Counted from the first letter of the stretch, positions 25,096 to 35,317 are shown. The stretch is 64,000 nucleotides of DNA from Acidobacteriota bacterium (GCA_019244185.1 JAFATB010000014.1:128001-192000); one strand, 5' to 3'. Notes: generated by a model from the letters alone, not told the origin. A program made the numbers and translations.

Positions 25096-28000
25096 TTACA
25101 GGTGCGGCGCGTCCGCCATCACGCGCGTGAGCCACAAATTGGTCAGCTTCTCGAGCACAGTGTTCTGCCGCAGCCGCGCGCGCAGGTTCACGAAGTCGAC
25201 GTGATCGAGCTCCTGATCCTGGTTGAAGCAGCTGAAGACGAACGATTCCTTGCCCGTGACCGGATCGACGTGGCGCTGCAGGCACTGCGCGCAGACTTGC
25301 TTCATCATGCATTGCATCGGCGAGTTGATCGAGCCGATGCCGACGTGCGCGGCGTCGAGGAACGGCGCGAGCGCGTGGTGACGCGCGTCTTTCACCGCGC
25401 GCATCATGCCGTCGGAGCCGATGGCGATGAGGCGCCGCGCGTCGCGCAGGTCGAACATGCGCGGTTGCGAGGCGTACCAGAGCATCGACTGCACGATGTT
25501 GCCGACGAAGCCGAGGTCCTGCTCGCGGCGCGGCTCGATCGGTTCGCCCGCGTCGACGGACCAGATCACCTGATCGGTGCCGGCCTCGATCTCGTCGCGC
25601 TTGAACACGTCGGCGGCTTTCTTGTAGCCGGCGAAGTAGACGACGCGGCAGTTGTTGTCCTTGAGAGCGCGCGCGATCGAGAAGAGCACCGCGTTGCCGA
25701 GGCCGCCGCCGGCGAGGAGCACGGTCTCGTTGGACGGAATCTCGGTCGGCGTGCCGGTCGGTCCCATCAGCACCACCGGTTCGTCTTTCTTCAGGAGCGC
25801 GCACAAACGCGACGAGCCGCCCATCTCGAGCACGATCACGGAGAGCAGTCCGCGCTGGGGATCGGTCGACGCGCCGGTGAGCGCGATGCCTTCCATCGCC
25901 AGCGACGAGCCGCCGGCGCGCGGCGCGAGCGCCTCGAAGTTCTGCAGCCGGAAAAACTGGCCGGGCTGGAAGTGACGAGCGGCGAACGGCGCGCGCACGA
26001 CCACTTCGACGATCGTCGGCGTGAGGCGATTGACCTCGTGCACACGCGCGACGAGGCCGTCGTCGAGCGTGGCCACGAGCTCGCGCCACCGCGCGTCGCG
26101 CGCGCGCTGCGCATCGACAGAACGATCCATCGTCAGCAGCTCGTGCGCGAAGACGGAGACGACGCGTGGATATCCATCTTTCGCCGAGGCCATGGCCTTC
26201 ACGACGTTGCCCGCGTACGTCGGATGGTTGTCGCCGTAGAAGCTGATGAGCTTCTCGCGCCGCGACGGATGCTGGTACGACGTGAAGAAGCCGCGCTCGC
26301 GCGCCGCCTCGTCGTCCTGAATGAGCTCGAGCCCGTCGCCGAGCGCGTGCGACTGGAAGAACTGCTTCCACTGGTCGAGCTTGAACGTGCCCGGATGTTC
26401 TTTCTCGTAGATGACGTTCGGGCTCGTGCCCGCCGCGATCATGACCGTCCGCGCCGGAAGCTCGACGATCGTGCCGGAGTCTTTCCAGCGGCCGTCTTCG
26501 ACGATCTGCTTTTCGAAGAGCAACGATTGCACGTGGCCGTACGCGTCGGAGACCGCCTCGACCGGCGAGAGCATCTCCGCGTACGCGATGCCTTCCTCGA
26601 ACGCTTTGTCGATCTCCTCGTAGTTGAGGCGATACGCCGGCGAGTCGAGCATCGACTTGCGGTACGCGATCGTGACGCCGCCCCAGCCGCGCACGAGCGG
26701 AATGAAGTCCGGCAACTCGTTCGCGGCCGCCGCGCGCGCGCGTTCGTCCCGCACCGCCCGCCCATGCCCGAGGAATTCGTCGAGCACCGCGAGCTCCTCG
26801 GCGTCGTATCCCGCGCGCACGTGCTCCTCGCCGAACTCCGCGCACATCGTCTCGAAACGCTCGAGCACTTTCTCGACCTGCACCGGGTAGTACGCGAAGA
26901 GCTCCGTGGCCGTGTCGATGGCGGTGAGGCCGCCGCCGATCACGATCGCCGGCAGGCGCACCTGCAGATTGGCGAGCGAGTTTTTCTTGAATGCGCCGGT
27001 GAGCTGCAGCGCCATCAGAAAGTCCGACGCCTGGCGCATGCCGCGCACGAGGTTGTTCTTCATCCGCACGATCGTCGGCGTGCCCGCGCCGGCGGCGATG
27101 GCGATGTGATCGAAGCCGAGCGTGTCGAACGCGTCCTCGATGGTGAGCGTCCCGCCGAAACGCACGCCGCCGTAGACGCGCAGGTTCTGTTTGCGCTCGA
27201 GCGCGATGCGGATGACTTTCAGGAAGTTCTTGTCCCAGCGCACGGTGATGCCGTACTCCGATACGCCGCCGAAGCCGGCGAGGATGCGGTCGTCGAGCGC
27301 GTCCCACAATGTGCGCGCGTCGCGGATCGGCCCGCGCAGCAGCGCCTCGTCGAGCGGCTCGATCTTGAGACCGTCGATGGCCACGACGCCGAAGCCTTCG
27401 TTCGCGAGGTAGTGCGCGAGCGTGTAGCCGGCCGGCCCGAGGCCGACGACGAGAACGTTCTTGCCGTTGTACGGCAGCGCGAGCGGACGCCGCACGTCGA
27501 GCGGATTCCACAGCGTCAGCAGCGCGTAGATCTCGAAGCCCCACGGCAGAAAGAGGACGTCGGTGAGGACGCCCGTCTCGACCTGCGGGATGTTCACCGG
27601 GTCCTGCTTCTGGAAGATGCAGGAGCGCATGCAGTCGTTGCAGATGCGATGGCCCGTGCCGGGGCACATCGGGTTGTCGATCATGACGATCGCCAGCGCG
27701 CCGATGGCGTCGCCTTCGGCGCGGAGGAAGTTCATCTCGCCGATCTTCTCGTCGAGCGGACAGCCTTCGAGCGCCATGCCGAGCGGGTTCGGTTTGTACG
27801 TGCCGTTCGGCTGTTCGAAGCCGTGCGAGCAGGAGTCTTTCTTCCGCTCGTGGCAGTAGATGCAGTAGTTCGCCTCGTCCGCGATCTCGCGCGGCGTCAT
27901 GCGCGCGTCGGTGAGCCCGAAGCCGTCGCGGCGGCGGAAGTGATGCGCGTCGCCGCCGAAGCGCACGTCGTCGACCGCTTCGGTGTCGACGAGCTTGTCG

Positions 28001-28668
28001 AAGACGAGCGGCTGCGGCAGGCGGAAGGACGTCCAGCCGTCGAAGCGGCCTGCCTTCCACTGCGCGGCCGTCCAGTGTGCGAAGGCGTCGACGAGCGCGT
28101 GCAGCGCGGCGGCGTCGAACGGCTCCGGCGCGCCGATGCGAGTACCCAGTTCCGCGAGCGCCGCGCGTGCGTCGTCCGTCGGCGCGAGCTCTTTCGCGCC
28201 GCGCGGGAACTCCTTCTCCAGATCGAGCAGACGATTCGCGGCCAGCGCGAGCGCGAGCTCTGGATCGTCGCTCGGATCGCCGAGGAGCGGCACCGGATCG
28301 AATGCGGCGCCGCTCGGATTCTGAATCTTCGCGACGCGCTTCGTGACGAATTCGCGTTTGAAGCGCGCGACCTCGTTGTCGCGCCGCGCTCGGTCGCGCA
28401 GCGCCTGAGCGTCCTCGCCGATCGCGAAGAGTCTCGTGAGAAATGCGCCGAGGTAGCGGCCGGTCGCGATCAGCAGCGCGGAGGCGTCGGGCGCGGAGAG
28501 GCCGCCGTGCGCGATGCCGTTCTGCATGGCCAGGCGATACGCGTCGAAGCGGCGAAAGAGCTCCGCGTCCTGCTCTTCGACGAAGCGGTCGAACGCGAGC
28601 GCGAGGTCGGCGCGGCGTTCGTGGGAGGCGAGATCTTCGTAAGTGAATCCTGCGATGCCGAGGTTCAT
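25096..28668 (-). CDS. Fused GltD/NfnB-like (4Fe-4S, FAD, NADPH) and NfnA/PyrK-like (FAD, 2Fe-2S) oxidoreductase
   Basis: CIYC...C...GCP...CPGTGHRICNDCMRSC; VGLGPAG; IGGGLTAID; C-terminal PGQFFRL, GPTG, GGGLG, MQCMMKQVCAQC. Confidence 0.88.
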   Translation of the reverse strand: MNLGIAGFTYEDLASHERRADLALAFDRFVEEQDAELFRRFDAYRLAMQNGIAHGGLSAPDASALLIATGRYLGAFLTRLFAIGEDAQALRDRARRDNEVARFKREFVTKRVAKIQNPSGAAFDPVPLLGDPSDDPELALALAANRLLDLEKEFPRGAKELAPTDDARAALAELGTRIGAPEPFDAAALHALVDAFAHWTAAQWKAGRFDGWTSFRLPQPLVFDKLVDTEAVDDVRFGGDAHHFRRRDGFGLTDARMTPREIADEANYCIYCHERKKDSCSHGFEQPNGTYKPNPLGMALEGCPLDEKIGEMNFLRAEGDAIGALAIVMIDNPMCPGTGHRICNDCMRSCIFQKQDPVNIPQVETGVLTDVLFLPWGFEIYALLTLWNPLDVRRPLALPYNGKNVLVVGLGPAGYTLAHYLANEGFGVVAIDGLKIEPLDEALLRGPIRDARTLWDALDDRILAGFGGVSEYGITVRWDKNFLKVIRIALERKQNLRVYGGVRFGGTLTIEDAFDTLGFDHIAIAAGAGTPTIVRMKNNLVRGMRQASDFLMALQLTGAFKKNSLANLQVRLPAIVIGGGLTAIDTATELFAYYPVQVEKVLERFETMCAEFGEEHVRAGYDAEELAVLDEFLGHGRAVRDERARAAAANELPDFIPLVRGWGGVTIAYRKSMLDSPAYRLNYEEIDKAFEEGIAYAEMLSPVEAVSDAYGHVQSLLFEKQIVEDGRWKDSGTIVELPARTVMIAAGTSPNVIYEKEHPGTFKLDQWKQFFQSHALGDGLELIQDDEAARERGFFTSYQHPSRREKLISFYGDNHPTYAGNVVKAMASAKDGYPRVVSVFAHELLTMDRSVDAQRARDARWRELVATLDDGLVARVHEVNRLTPTIVEVVVRAPFAARHFQPGQFFRLQNFEALAPRAGGSSLAMEGIALTGASTDPQRGLLSVIVLEMGGSSRLCALLKKDEPVVLMGPTGTPTEIPSNETVLLAGGGLGNAVLFSIARALKDNNCRVVYFAGYKKAADVFKRDEIEAGTDQVIWSVDAGEPIEPRREQDLGFVGNIVQSMLWYASQPRMFDLRDARRLIAIGSDGMMRAVKDARHHALAPFLDAAHVGIGSINSPMQCMMKQVCAQCLQRHVDPVTGKESFVFSCFNQDQELDHVDFVNLRARLRQNTVLEKLTNLWLTRVMADAPHL

Positions 28669-29123
28669 TTGCGTTTGATGTAGACGACTTTCTCGATCGA
28701 GGCGTGCGGAACGCCGTCGGCGTCGACGAGGTCGACATTGTAGATTCGGTCGACGGACTGCCCGTCCGCCGTGGCGGCGCGGATCGCGTCGAGCTCCGCC
28801 TCGTCGATGCGGAACGTGGCGTACAGCGTCGTGCGGCCAGGCTTGCGAAACCGGATCGAGGCCGCTTTATCCCAAACGATGAACTCCGGCCCGAGATTCT
28901 TCATCAGCAGGAGCATGTAGACGGGGTCGACCGCGCCGTACAGCGAGCCGCCGAAGATCGTGCCGACGACGTTGCGCGAGCGCCACGACAGCGGCAGCTT
29001 CACGCGCAGCTCGCGAAAGTCGCTCGCGACGTACGCCACGCGCGCGCCGGTGCCGCGATACGCCGGCACGAGGTTGAACATCCATCGCATCCGCCTCGAC
29101 GCCCACGACTCAGGCATGCTCAT
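28665..29123 (-). CDS. DUF4442/PaaI-like hotdog-fold thioesterase
   Basis: NVVGTIFGGSLYGAVDP...VWDKAASIRFRKPGR. Confidence 0.85.
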   Translation of the reverse strand: MSMPESWASRRMRWMFNLVPAYRGTGARVAYVASDFRELRVKLPLSWRSRNVVGTIFGGSLYGAVDPVYMLLLMKNLGPEFIVWDKAASIRFRKPGRTTLYATFRIDEAELDAIRAATADGQSVDRIYNVDLVDADGVPHASIEKVVYIKRK

Positions 29124-32100
29124 TCCTCGGCGCGCCGTCGCGCGATGCAGCGAGCCACGCCGCGGCCGCCGCGGCGATGACGAGCAGCGCGACGCCGTTG
29201 GCCATGAGATCGGCGCGCTGGTTCTGCAGCAGCAGCGCCGCGCCGGAGAGCGTGCTGCCGAGGAAGAACGCGAGAGGCCACGCGAGCGGATTCGCGGCCA
29301 GGACGTAGCGCGCGATGATCCACACCAGCGCCGCGAGCACGAGCGCGTGCGCCAGCATCACCGGCGCCTGCGCGCTCGTCACGAGCGGATCGACCGCCGC
29401 GCAGAAGACCGACACGAGCGTGATGACCGCGGTGTATCGCCGCGCCGTGTGCGTGAAGAGTGCGACCGCCGCCGAGCCCGCGAGCGCGAGCAGCGCTGCG
29501 CGCGCGAGGATGAGCAGCGCCGGCAGCGGCAGCCCGAGTTCGTCGGGAACGCTGAAGTCGACCGAGGCCGCGGCGGGGAACGCGTGTGCGATCGCGCGCG
29601 AGACGACTTCGACGAGGACCATGATCGACAACGCGGTCAGCGCCGCCACGACGGCGCTGCGCCCGAAGCGCGCGCGCCCTTCGCGCGTGAAGAGGCTGAG
29701 CGCGTACGGCGCGACCGCTTCGATGCCGGCGATGGCCAGGAAGATGAGGCCGAGCTGCTTCGCGACGGAGATCACGACGTCCGTCGCCAGCGCCACGCGG
29801 AACGTTGGCCACGCGACGCTCGTGCTGTAGCCGAAGAGCATCTGCTCGTAGCCGGCGAACGTCGTCGCGATCGGCACGATCGCGGCGATGGCCGTCCAGC
29901 GCAGCGCGCGCCGCCACGGCAGGCCGTGTTTGCGCGACGCGGTGACGAGTCCGGCGATGACGAGCGCGAGGATCGCGATCGCGCCGGCGAGCTTCATCGC
30001 GAACAGCACGACGTTGAGCAGCGTGCGCGTCGTGGCCTCGCGATAGACGCTGTCGGGCACGTGGATGTGCTTGTTGAACTGCGTCACCTGCGCGCCTGCG
30101 ACGCGCACGGAGACGCGGCGGAACGCCTGCGCCGCGATCGGCGTGCGCTCCTCGAAGTGAAAGAGCCAGTCGCGCCGCGCCGGCTGCTGGAAGCTGAGCG
30201 CTTCCTTCAAGACGAACGCGCGCGGATCGAGGCCGTACGTTACGAACGCGCGCTCCGCCAGCGCGAGCGCGAGCGGCTGCGGCAACTGCGCGCCGGGCGC
30301 GCGCTCGTCCTGATAGCGATGATGGCCGATGGCGCGGCCGATGCGCGGATCGACCTCGACGAACCACTCGTCCTTCTGCATCGGCGTGAAGAAGCGCACC
30401 ACCCAGTTCGCCGCTTCGATGCGATAGCGGAAGACGTTGACCAGCTGACGCGCGCTCAGTCCGTGCTGAACGAGATACGTGGCGGCGATCGAGTCGAAGT
30501 CGCCGGGCACGCCGCCTTCCTCGCGCGACGAGCCCGGATCCCATGACCGGAAGCCTTCGACAGGCGTGGCGATGATCCGCTTCGGTAGCGGTCCCGGCGC
30601 GAGCCGCCGCAGATGCGCGGTGGCGATGTCTTTCGCGGTCTGCTCCGAGATGCGGTAGTCGATCGCGTCGTCGGGTGTCGGGGTGGCGAACGCAAACGCG
30701 ACGGCCGCCGCGATGACGACGACGATGCAGAGCACGAGTCGCAGGCGCGTCACGCGCACCGCCGGCGGGAACGGTGCCGCCGCCACGCTCGCTTCCACCA
30801 CCTCGGCCGCGGCCGGCGGATGCAGCGGCAGCGTGTCGTTCGAAAGGTCGTCGTCCGGCGCGAATCCGCCGTTGCGCACGTAGCGCGCGATCGACAGCAG
30901 CAGCGGAATCGCGAAGACGAGACTGGCCAGCGCCGCCGACGCGATGTAGTACGCGTTGCCGCTGGCGAAGAGCAGCGTCGCCGTGTACACCGCGTCGATG
31001 GTGTAGTGCCAGATCAGCAGCGGCAGCAGGCCGAATCGGCTGAAGAGAAATCCCGCCGCGACGCCGGCCATGCCCACTTCGACGCCGCGAATCCAGAACG
31101 GCTGATTCGGATACGTCGCGTGGCCGAAGCCCCAGATGAAGCCCGCCAGGACGATGGCGGCGACGCGCGAGCGCATCAGCTTCTCCAAGAACGGGATCGA
31201 GAACGCGCGCGACAGAAACTCCTCGGATAACGCCGGGAAGAATCCCGCGAAGACGACTGCGAGCCACGGCACGGCGCTGTTGAGAAGGTCGTCGTACGGC
31301 ACTTCCGCCGGCGCCCACGCGCCGTACTTTTGCGCGACGACGTAGAAGATGACTTGATATGCAACGAAAATCGCGACGAGCGCGTAGCCGAGGACGAGCG
31401 AGCGGAAGACCCGCTTCGAATCGAGCGCTTTCCACGTGCCGAGGCGCGGGATCGCGAGCTGCCGCGGCTGCCGCTCGCGGTACAGCACTTCGCCCGCGCC
31501 GCAGATGACGATCAGGAACATCGCCGTTCCGATGCTCGGCATCACGACGTCGAGCAGCACGAGGTTCCCGACGAAGCCGGCGAACGATTCCGTGGTCTCG
31601 TAGTCGGCGAGCCGCGACGGCAGCGAGTTGAGCGCGGAGCCGCCGACGAGCACGATCGCGGCCACGCCGATGCCGAGGAGGAACTTGAGGCGCAGATCGC
31701 CGCGGCGCAGGCGCGCGATGAAGACGACCACCGCGGCGATGAGCGTCGCGGCGATGAACACGAGGTCGACCGAGCCGGCCGCGCCGTTCTTCGAGCGCAG
31801 CTCGCGGTACGAGCGCAGCCACGCGTCGGGCACTTTCACGCGCTGCGCGTAACCGGTGACGAGGTCGCCGTCGACGGTGACGGTGTGGCGGTACGCGGCG
31901 TTCGCGGGCCGCGTTCCGATCGACTCGAACGTGAAGATCCGCTGCACGCGATGCGGCAGATCGCGCCGGCTCTGCTCGATGAGCCGCAGCGCCGCGGGAT
32001 CGACGTGGATCTGCCGGAGGAACGCGAGCACGACCAGACGCGGATCGCGCGTCGACGGCATGGCGCGGTCTTCGGGGATGCGATGCGCGAACGCGATGAT

Positions 32101-32481
32101 CTCGCCCGTCGGAGCGACGTCGACGCTCAGCTCTTCCTCGACCAGCGGCCGGAACCATCGGTGATGCCAGGACCAGATGTGCACGGCGCCGCGCGTCAGC
32201 GCGTTCGCGCGCGCGAGTCCGAGAGAACGTTCGAGGAAGATGCGCGCGGCGTCGTCGGAGTCGAAGCGCACCGCGTGCTTCATGTCCTTCGTCGCGAGCG
32301 CCTGCGTGGCGAGGAAGCGTTCGGCCACGGCGCGCGAGGCATTGCGGTCGAACTTGAAGTCGATCGATGCCTGCGGGAACGCGGAGTCGAAGTAGCGGAC
32401 GATGAGCGCGACGGAGAGCGCCGCGAGGGCGAGGCAGATGCCGAGGAAGGTGAAGTCGCGCCGAGTGAGACGTTCGCGCAT
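29110..32481 (-). CDS. Large CPBP (CAAX/Abi) family intramembrane glutamic endopeptidase with duplicated extracytoplasmic domains
   Basis: SEEFLSR, FIWGFGH and IWHYTID motifs; many TM segments. Confidence 0.85.
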   Translation of the reverse strand: MRERLTRRDFTFLGICLALAALSVALIVRYFDSAFPQASIDFKFDRNASRAVAERFLATQALATKDMKHAVRFDSDDAARIFLERSLGLARANALTRGAVHIWSWHHRWFRPLVEEELSVDVAPTGEIIAFAHRIPEDRAMPSTRDPRLVVLAFLRQIHVDPAALRLIEQSRRDLPHRVQRIFTFESIGTRPANAAYRHTVTVDGDLVTGYAQRVKVPDAWLRSYRELRSKNGAAGSVDLVFIAATLIAAVVVFIARLRRGDLRLKFLLGIGVAAIVLVGGSALNSLPSRLADYETTESFAGFVGNLVLLDVVMPSIGTAMFLIVICGAGEVLYRERQPRQLAIPRLGTWKALDSKRVFRSLVLGYALVAIFVAYQVIFYVVAQKYGAWAPAEVPYDDLLNSAVPWLAVVFAGFFPALSEEFLSRAFSIPFLEKLMRSRVAAIVLAGFIWGFGHATYPNQPFWIRGVEVGMAGVAAGFLFSRFGLLPLLIWHYTIDAVYTATLLFASGNAYYIASAALASLVFAIPLLLSIARYVRNGGFAPDDDLSNDTLPLHPPAAAEVVEASVAAAPFPPAVRVTRLRLVLCIVVVIAAAVAFAFATPTPDDAIDYRISEQTAKDIATAHLRRLAPGPLPKRIIATPVEGFRSWDPGSSREEGGVPGDFDSIAATYLVQHGLSARQLVNVFRYRIEAANWVVRFFTPMQKDEWFVEVDPRIGRAIGHHRYQDERAPGAQLPQPLALALAERAFVTYGLDPRAFVLKEALSFQQPARRDWLFHFEERTPIAAQAFRRVSVRVAGAQVTQFNKHIHVPDSVYREATTRTLLNVVLFAMKLAGAIAILALVIAGLVTASRKHGLPWRRALRWTAIAAIVPIATTFAGYEQMLFGYSTSVAWPTFRVALATDVVISVAKQLGLIFLAIAGIEAVAPYALSLFTREGRARFGRSAVVAALTALSIMVLVEVVSRAIAHAFPAAASVDFSVPDELGLPLPALLILARAALLALAGSAAVALFTHTARRYTAVITLVSVFCAAVDPLVTSAQAPVMLAHALVLAALVWIIARYVLAANPLAWPLAFFLGSTLSGAALLLQNQRADLMANGVALLVIAAAAAAWLAASRDGAPRNEHA

Positions 32482-32493
32482 CTGCGCGAGCCG

Positions 32494-33126
32494 TTATAGC
32501 AGACCGGTGAGGATCAGATCGGCCACGGCCTCCGCCTGCGCGCCGAGGTCGTATTCTTTTTCCGAAAGCATCCAGGATGTAACCATTTCGTCGAGGATGC
32601 CGAAGATCGCTTTGGCGACGAGGCGCGAGTGCACATTGCGTCGGAACGCGGCTTCGGCCTGCCCCTGCTCGACGATCTTGCGGATGATGTTGAGGTAGTC
32701 CGCCACTTCCTCCTGCGACAGGAGGCTCATGAACTTGAGGCTGTGCCGCAGTTCGACTTGAGAAACGATCGCCAGCGCGCGGTCGCGCCCGAGCGTTTCG
32801 AGATGGTGGCGCACGGCGATGCGCAGCCGCTCCTCGGCGCGGTTGATGTTCGCCAGCTGCTGTTCGAGAGCGCGGAGGTAATTGCGCGTGTGCTCCCGAA
32901 AGATGGTGATCAGCAGATCTTCTTTGCCGTCGAAATAGAGGTAAATCGTGCCGTCCGCGACGCCCGCGGCTTTCGCGATCTGCGCCACTTTCGCGTTGAA
33001 GTAGCCATGCGCCGCGAAGACGTCGATCGCCGCGCGCAGGATGCGCTCGCGCTTCGAGGTCCCGCGAAACGGCTCCGTCGCGGCGGCCGGAAGGGCGGTG
33101 GTGGAGGTGGATGCGTGGCGGACCAT
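32494..33126 (-). CDS. TetR family regulator, FadR(YsiA)-like
   Basis: KRERILRAAIDVFA..GY...IAKAAGVADGTIYLYF..KEDLL HTH; C-terminal QVELRHS, IFGILDEMVTSW. Confidence 0.9.
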   Translation of the reverse strand: MVRHASTSTTALPAAATEPFRGTSKRERILRAAIDVFAAHGYFNAKVAQIAKAAGVADGTIYLYFDGKEDLLITIFREHTRNYLRALEQQLANINRAEERLRIAVRHHLETLGRDRALAIVSQVELRHSLKFMSLLSQEEVADYLNIIRKIVEQGQAEAAFRRNVHSRLVAKAIFGILDEMVTSWMLSEKEYDLGAQAEAVADLILTGLL

Positions 33127-33131
33127 CGGAC

Positions 33132-33147
33132 GAATGAATGCTCATTC
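33132..33147. promoter_or_regulatory. Palindromic operator resembling the Bacillus FadR/YsiA box
   Basis: GAATGA-atgc-TCATTC immediately upstream of the tetR start; TTGACA on the minus strand at 33161-33166. Confidence 0.75.
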
Positions 33148-33167
33148 AGCGCGAGGCGCGTGTCAAG

Positions 33168-33578
33168 TCAAGTGTGAAGCGACGCGCGGCCGAGCGCCTC
33201 GCGCAACGCATCCACCAGCCCGTCGTCGTCCTGCGCGGACTTGCCGTCGAACGCGGCGAAGACGTCCGCGCGCGTCCAGGATGCGGGGGCCGGATAGAGA
33301 TGGACGTGCAGGTGCGGCGTGGCGATGCCGAGCTTGAGGGCGATGGCGCGATCGGCGCGGGTGAGCGCGAGCAGCTCGCCTTCGACGCGATGCCAGAGGC
33401 GCGCGAGGTGCAGCCACGCGTCTTCGTCGAGCTGCGACGGGTTCTCGACGTGCGCTTTTGCCACGAGCATGAGATGCCCGCGCGGGGAACGGTCTTCGTG
33501 GAGGATGACCCACGCGTGCGCGTCTTCGTAGACGACGACTCCGGTGCGCGACGGGTCGGTGCAGAAGGCGCACGTCAT
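33168..33578 (-). CDS. HIT family protein
   Basis: CAFC...PRGHLMLV...PHLHVHL histidine triad. Confidence 0.85.
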   Translation of the reverse strand: MTCAFCTDPSRTGVVVYEDAHAWVILHEDRSPRGHLMLVAKAHVENPSQLDEDAWLHLARLWHRVEGELLALTRADRAIALKLGIATPHLHVHLYPAPASWTRADVFAAFDGKSAQDDDGLVDALREALGRASLHT

Positions 33579-35317
33579 GCGAACGCCTTCACGCCGCTCT
33601 GTTCCCGCCACAACGACGCGTACAGTCCGTCGCGCGCGAGGAGCTCGGCGTGCGTGCCGGTCTCGACGATCGCGCCGGCGCGCAGCACGTGAATGCGGTC
33701 GGCGTGCGCAATCGTCGAGAGGCGATGCGCGACGAGCACGGTGAGGCGCGCGTCCGCGGAGACGACGCGGATGGTCTCGGTGATCGCGCGTTCGGTGATC
33801 GAGTCGAGGTTGCTCGTGGCCTCGTCGAACACGAGAAGATCGGGATCGCGCAGCAGCGCGCGTGCGATCGCGACGCGCTGGCGCTCGCCGCCGGAGAGTT
33901 TGATGCCGCCTTCGCCGATGCGTGTGTCGAGTCCCTGTCCGCCGCGCGTCAGGATCGGACTCGCGGCCGCACGTTCGAGGACCGCGAGGCACTGCTCATC
34001 CGTCGCGTTCGGCCGCGCGATTTGCAGATTGTCGCGCAGCGTGCCGGCGAAGAGCTGCGTCTCCTGCGTCACGAGGCCGATGCGCGCGCGGAACGCGTCG
34101 AGGTCGGCGCCGGCGAGATCGTGGCCGTTGACGCGAAGCACGCCGGACGTCGGCGTGTAGAGCCCGACCAGCAGCTTGACGAGGGACGACTTGCCGGAAC
34201 CCGACGGCCCCGCGAAGGCGACCGTCTCGCCGGCGCGCAGCGTGAGCGTGACGTCGTGCAGCGCCGGCAGGTGCGACGGATCGTAGACGAGGGTGACGCG
34301 ATCGAACGCGACCTCCGCGATCGGGCCGATCGCCGCCGCTTCCGCCGGGCGCTCTTCCTTCGGCTGATCGAGCACCGTGTCGAGCGTGTCGAACGTCGCC
34401 CGCGCTTCCTGGTAACGCGCCACCGCCGTCCCGAGCTCGGCCAGCGGCATGAAGATCGTGTTCGAGTAGAGAAACAGCGACAGGAACTCGCCGGTCGTAA
34501 TCGAATGGTCGTAGACGAGCCAGAGCATCACGATGAGCAGCACCGCGCGCGTCACGTGAATGAGGCTGCCGACGATGAACATGAAGAGGCGGATGAGCTG
34601 CAGCTTGCGCTGTTCGAGCGCGAGGATGCGGTCGTTGACGTCGGTCATCCGCCCGATTTCCTGCGTCTCGATGCCGAGGCTCTTCACGAGCTCGATGTTG
34701 CGAATCGCTTCGGTGGCCGTGCCCGCGAGCGCGGCACTCTCGCGCGTGATGCGGAACTGATGGCGGCGGATCGGACGGCCGATGGTGATGGTGACGATGG
34801 CGACGACCGGCGCCGCAACCACATGGAGGACGCCGAGCAGCGGATGCACGGTGAACGCGTAGATGGTCACCGCCACGATCGCGAGCCCGCCGAGGTAGAG
34901 GCGGACCGCGCCGCTAATGCCGCTTTCGGCATCGGTGCGCGCGCGCTGGATGGTGTGCAGCAGCTCGCCGCTGCGCTGATTCTCGAAGACGCTGTACGGC
35001 ATGAGCAGCGAATGCGCGACGCTCTTCGCGTAGAGGCTCGCGCCGACGCGCCGCGCGATCGTGTTGATCGTGTACTCCTGCAGCGAACGGAAGAGGCGCG
35101 CGAGGAGCGAGACGACGATCGAGGCGCCGATGAGCAGCAGCACGCCGCGGAAGAAGACGTCGCGCGGCATCGCGCCGACGTGCTGCACGTACTTGTCGAC
35201 GATCACGCGGAGGATCTGCGGGTCGGCGAGCTGCAGCAACTGCGCGACCGTCGCCGCCGCGAACGTCGCGATCAGCGCGCGCCACTGCTGCTTGAGATAC
35301 GGAAGAAGGATGCGCAT
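33575..35317 (-). CDS. ABC exporter, fused permease/ATPase
   Basis: Six-TM N-terminal domain; GPSGSGKS, LSGGERQR, FDEATSNLD, VAHRLST. Confidence 0.92.
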   Translation of the reverse strand: MRILLPYLKQQWRALIATFAAATVAQLLQLADPQILRVIVDKYVQHVGAMPRDVFFRGVLLLIGASIVVSLLARLFRSLQEYTINTIARRVGASLYAKSVAHSLLMPYSVFENQRSGELLHTIQRARTDAESGISGAVRLYLGGLAIVAVTIYAFTVHPLLGVLHVVAAPVVAIVTITIGRPIRRHQFRITRESAALAGTATEAIRNIELVKSLGIETQEIGRMTDVNDRILALEQRKLQLIRLFMFIVGSLIHVTRAVLLIVMLWLVYDHSITTGEFLSLFLYSNTIFMPLAELGTAVARYQEARATFDTLDTVLDQPKEERPAEAAAIGPIAEVAFDRVTLVYDPSHLPALHDVTLTLRAGETVAFAGPSGSGKSSLVKLLVGLYTPTSGVLRVNGHDLAGADLDAFRARIGLVTQETQLFAGTLRDNLQIARPNATDEQCLAVLERAAASPILTRGGQGLDTRIGEGGIKLSGGERQRVAIARALLRDPDLLVFDEATSNLDSITERAITETIRVVSADARLTVLVAHRLSTIAHADRIHVLRAGAIVETGTHAELLARDGLYASLWREQSGVKAFA

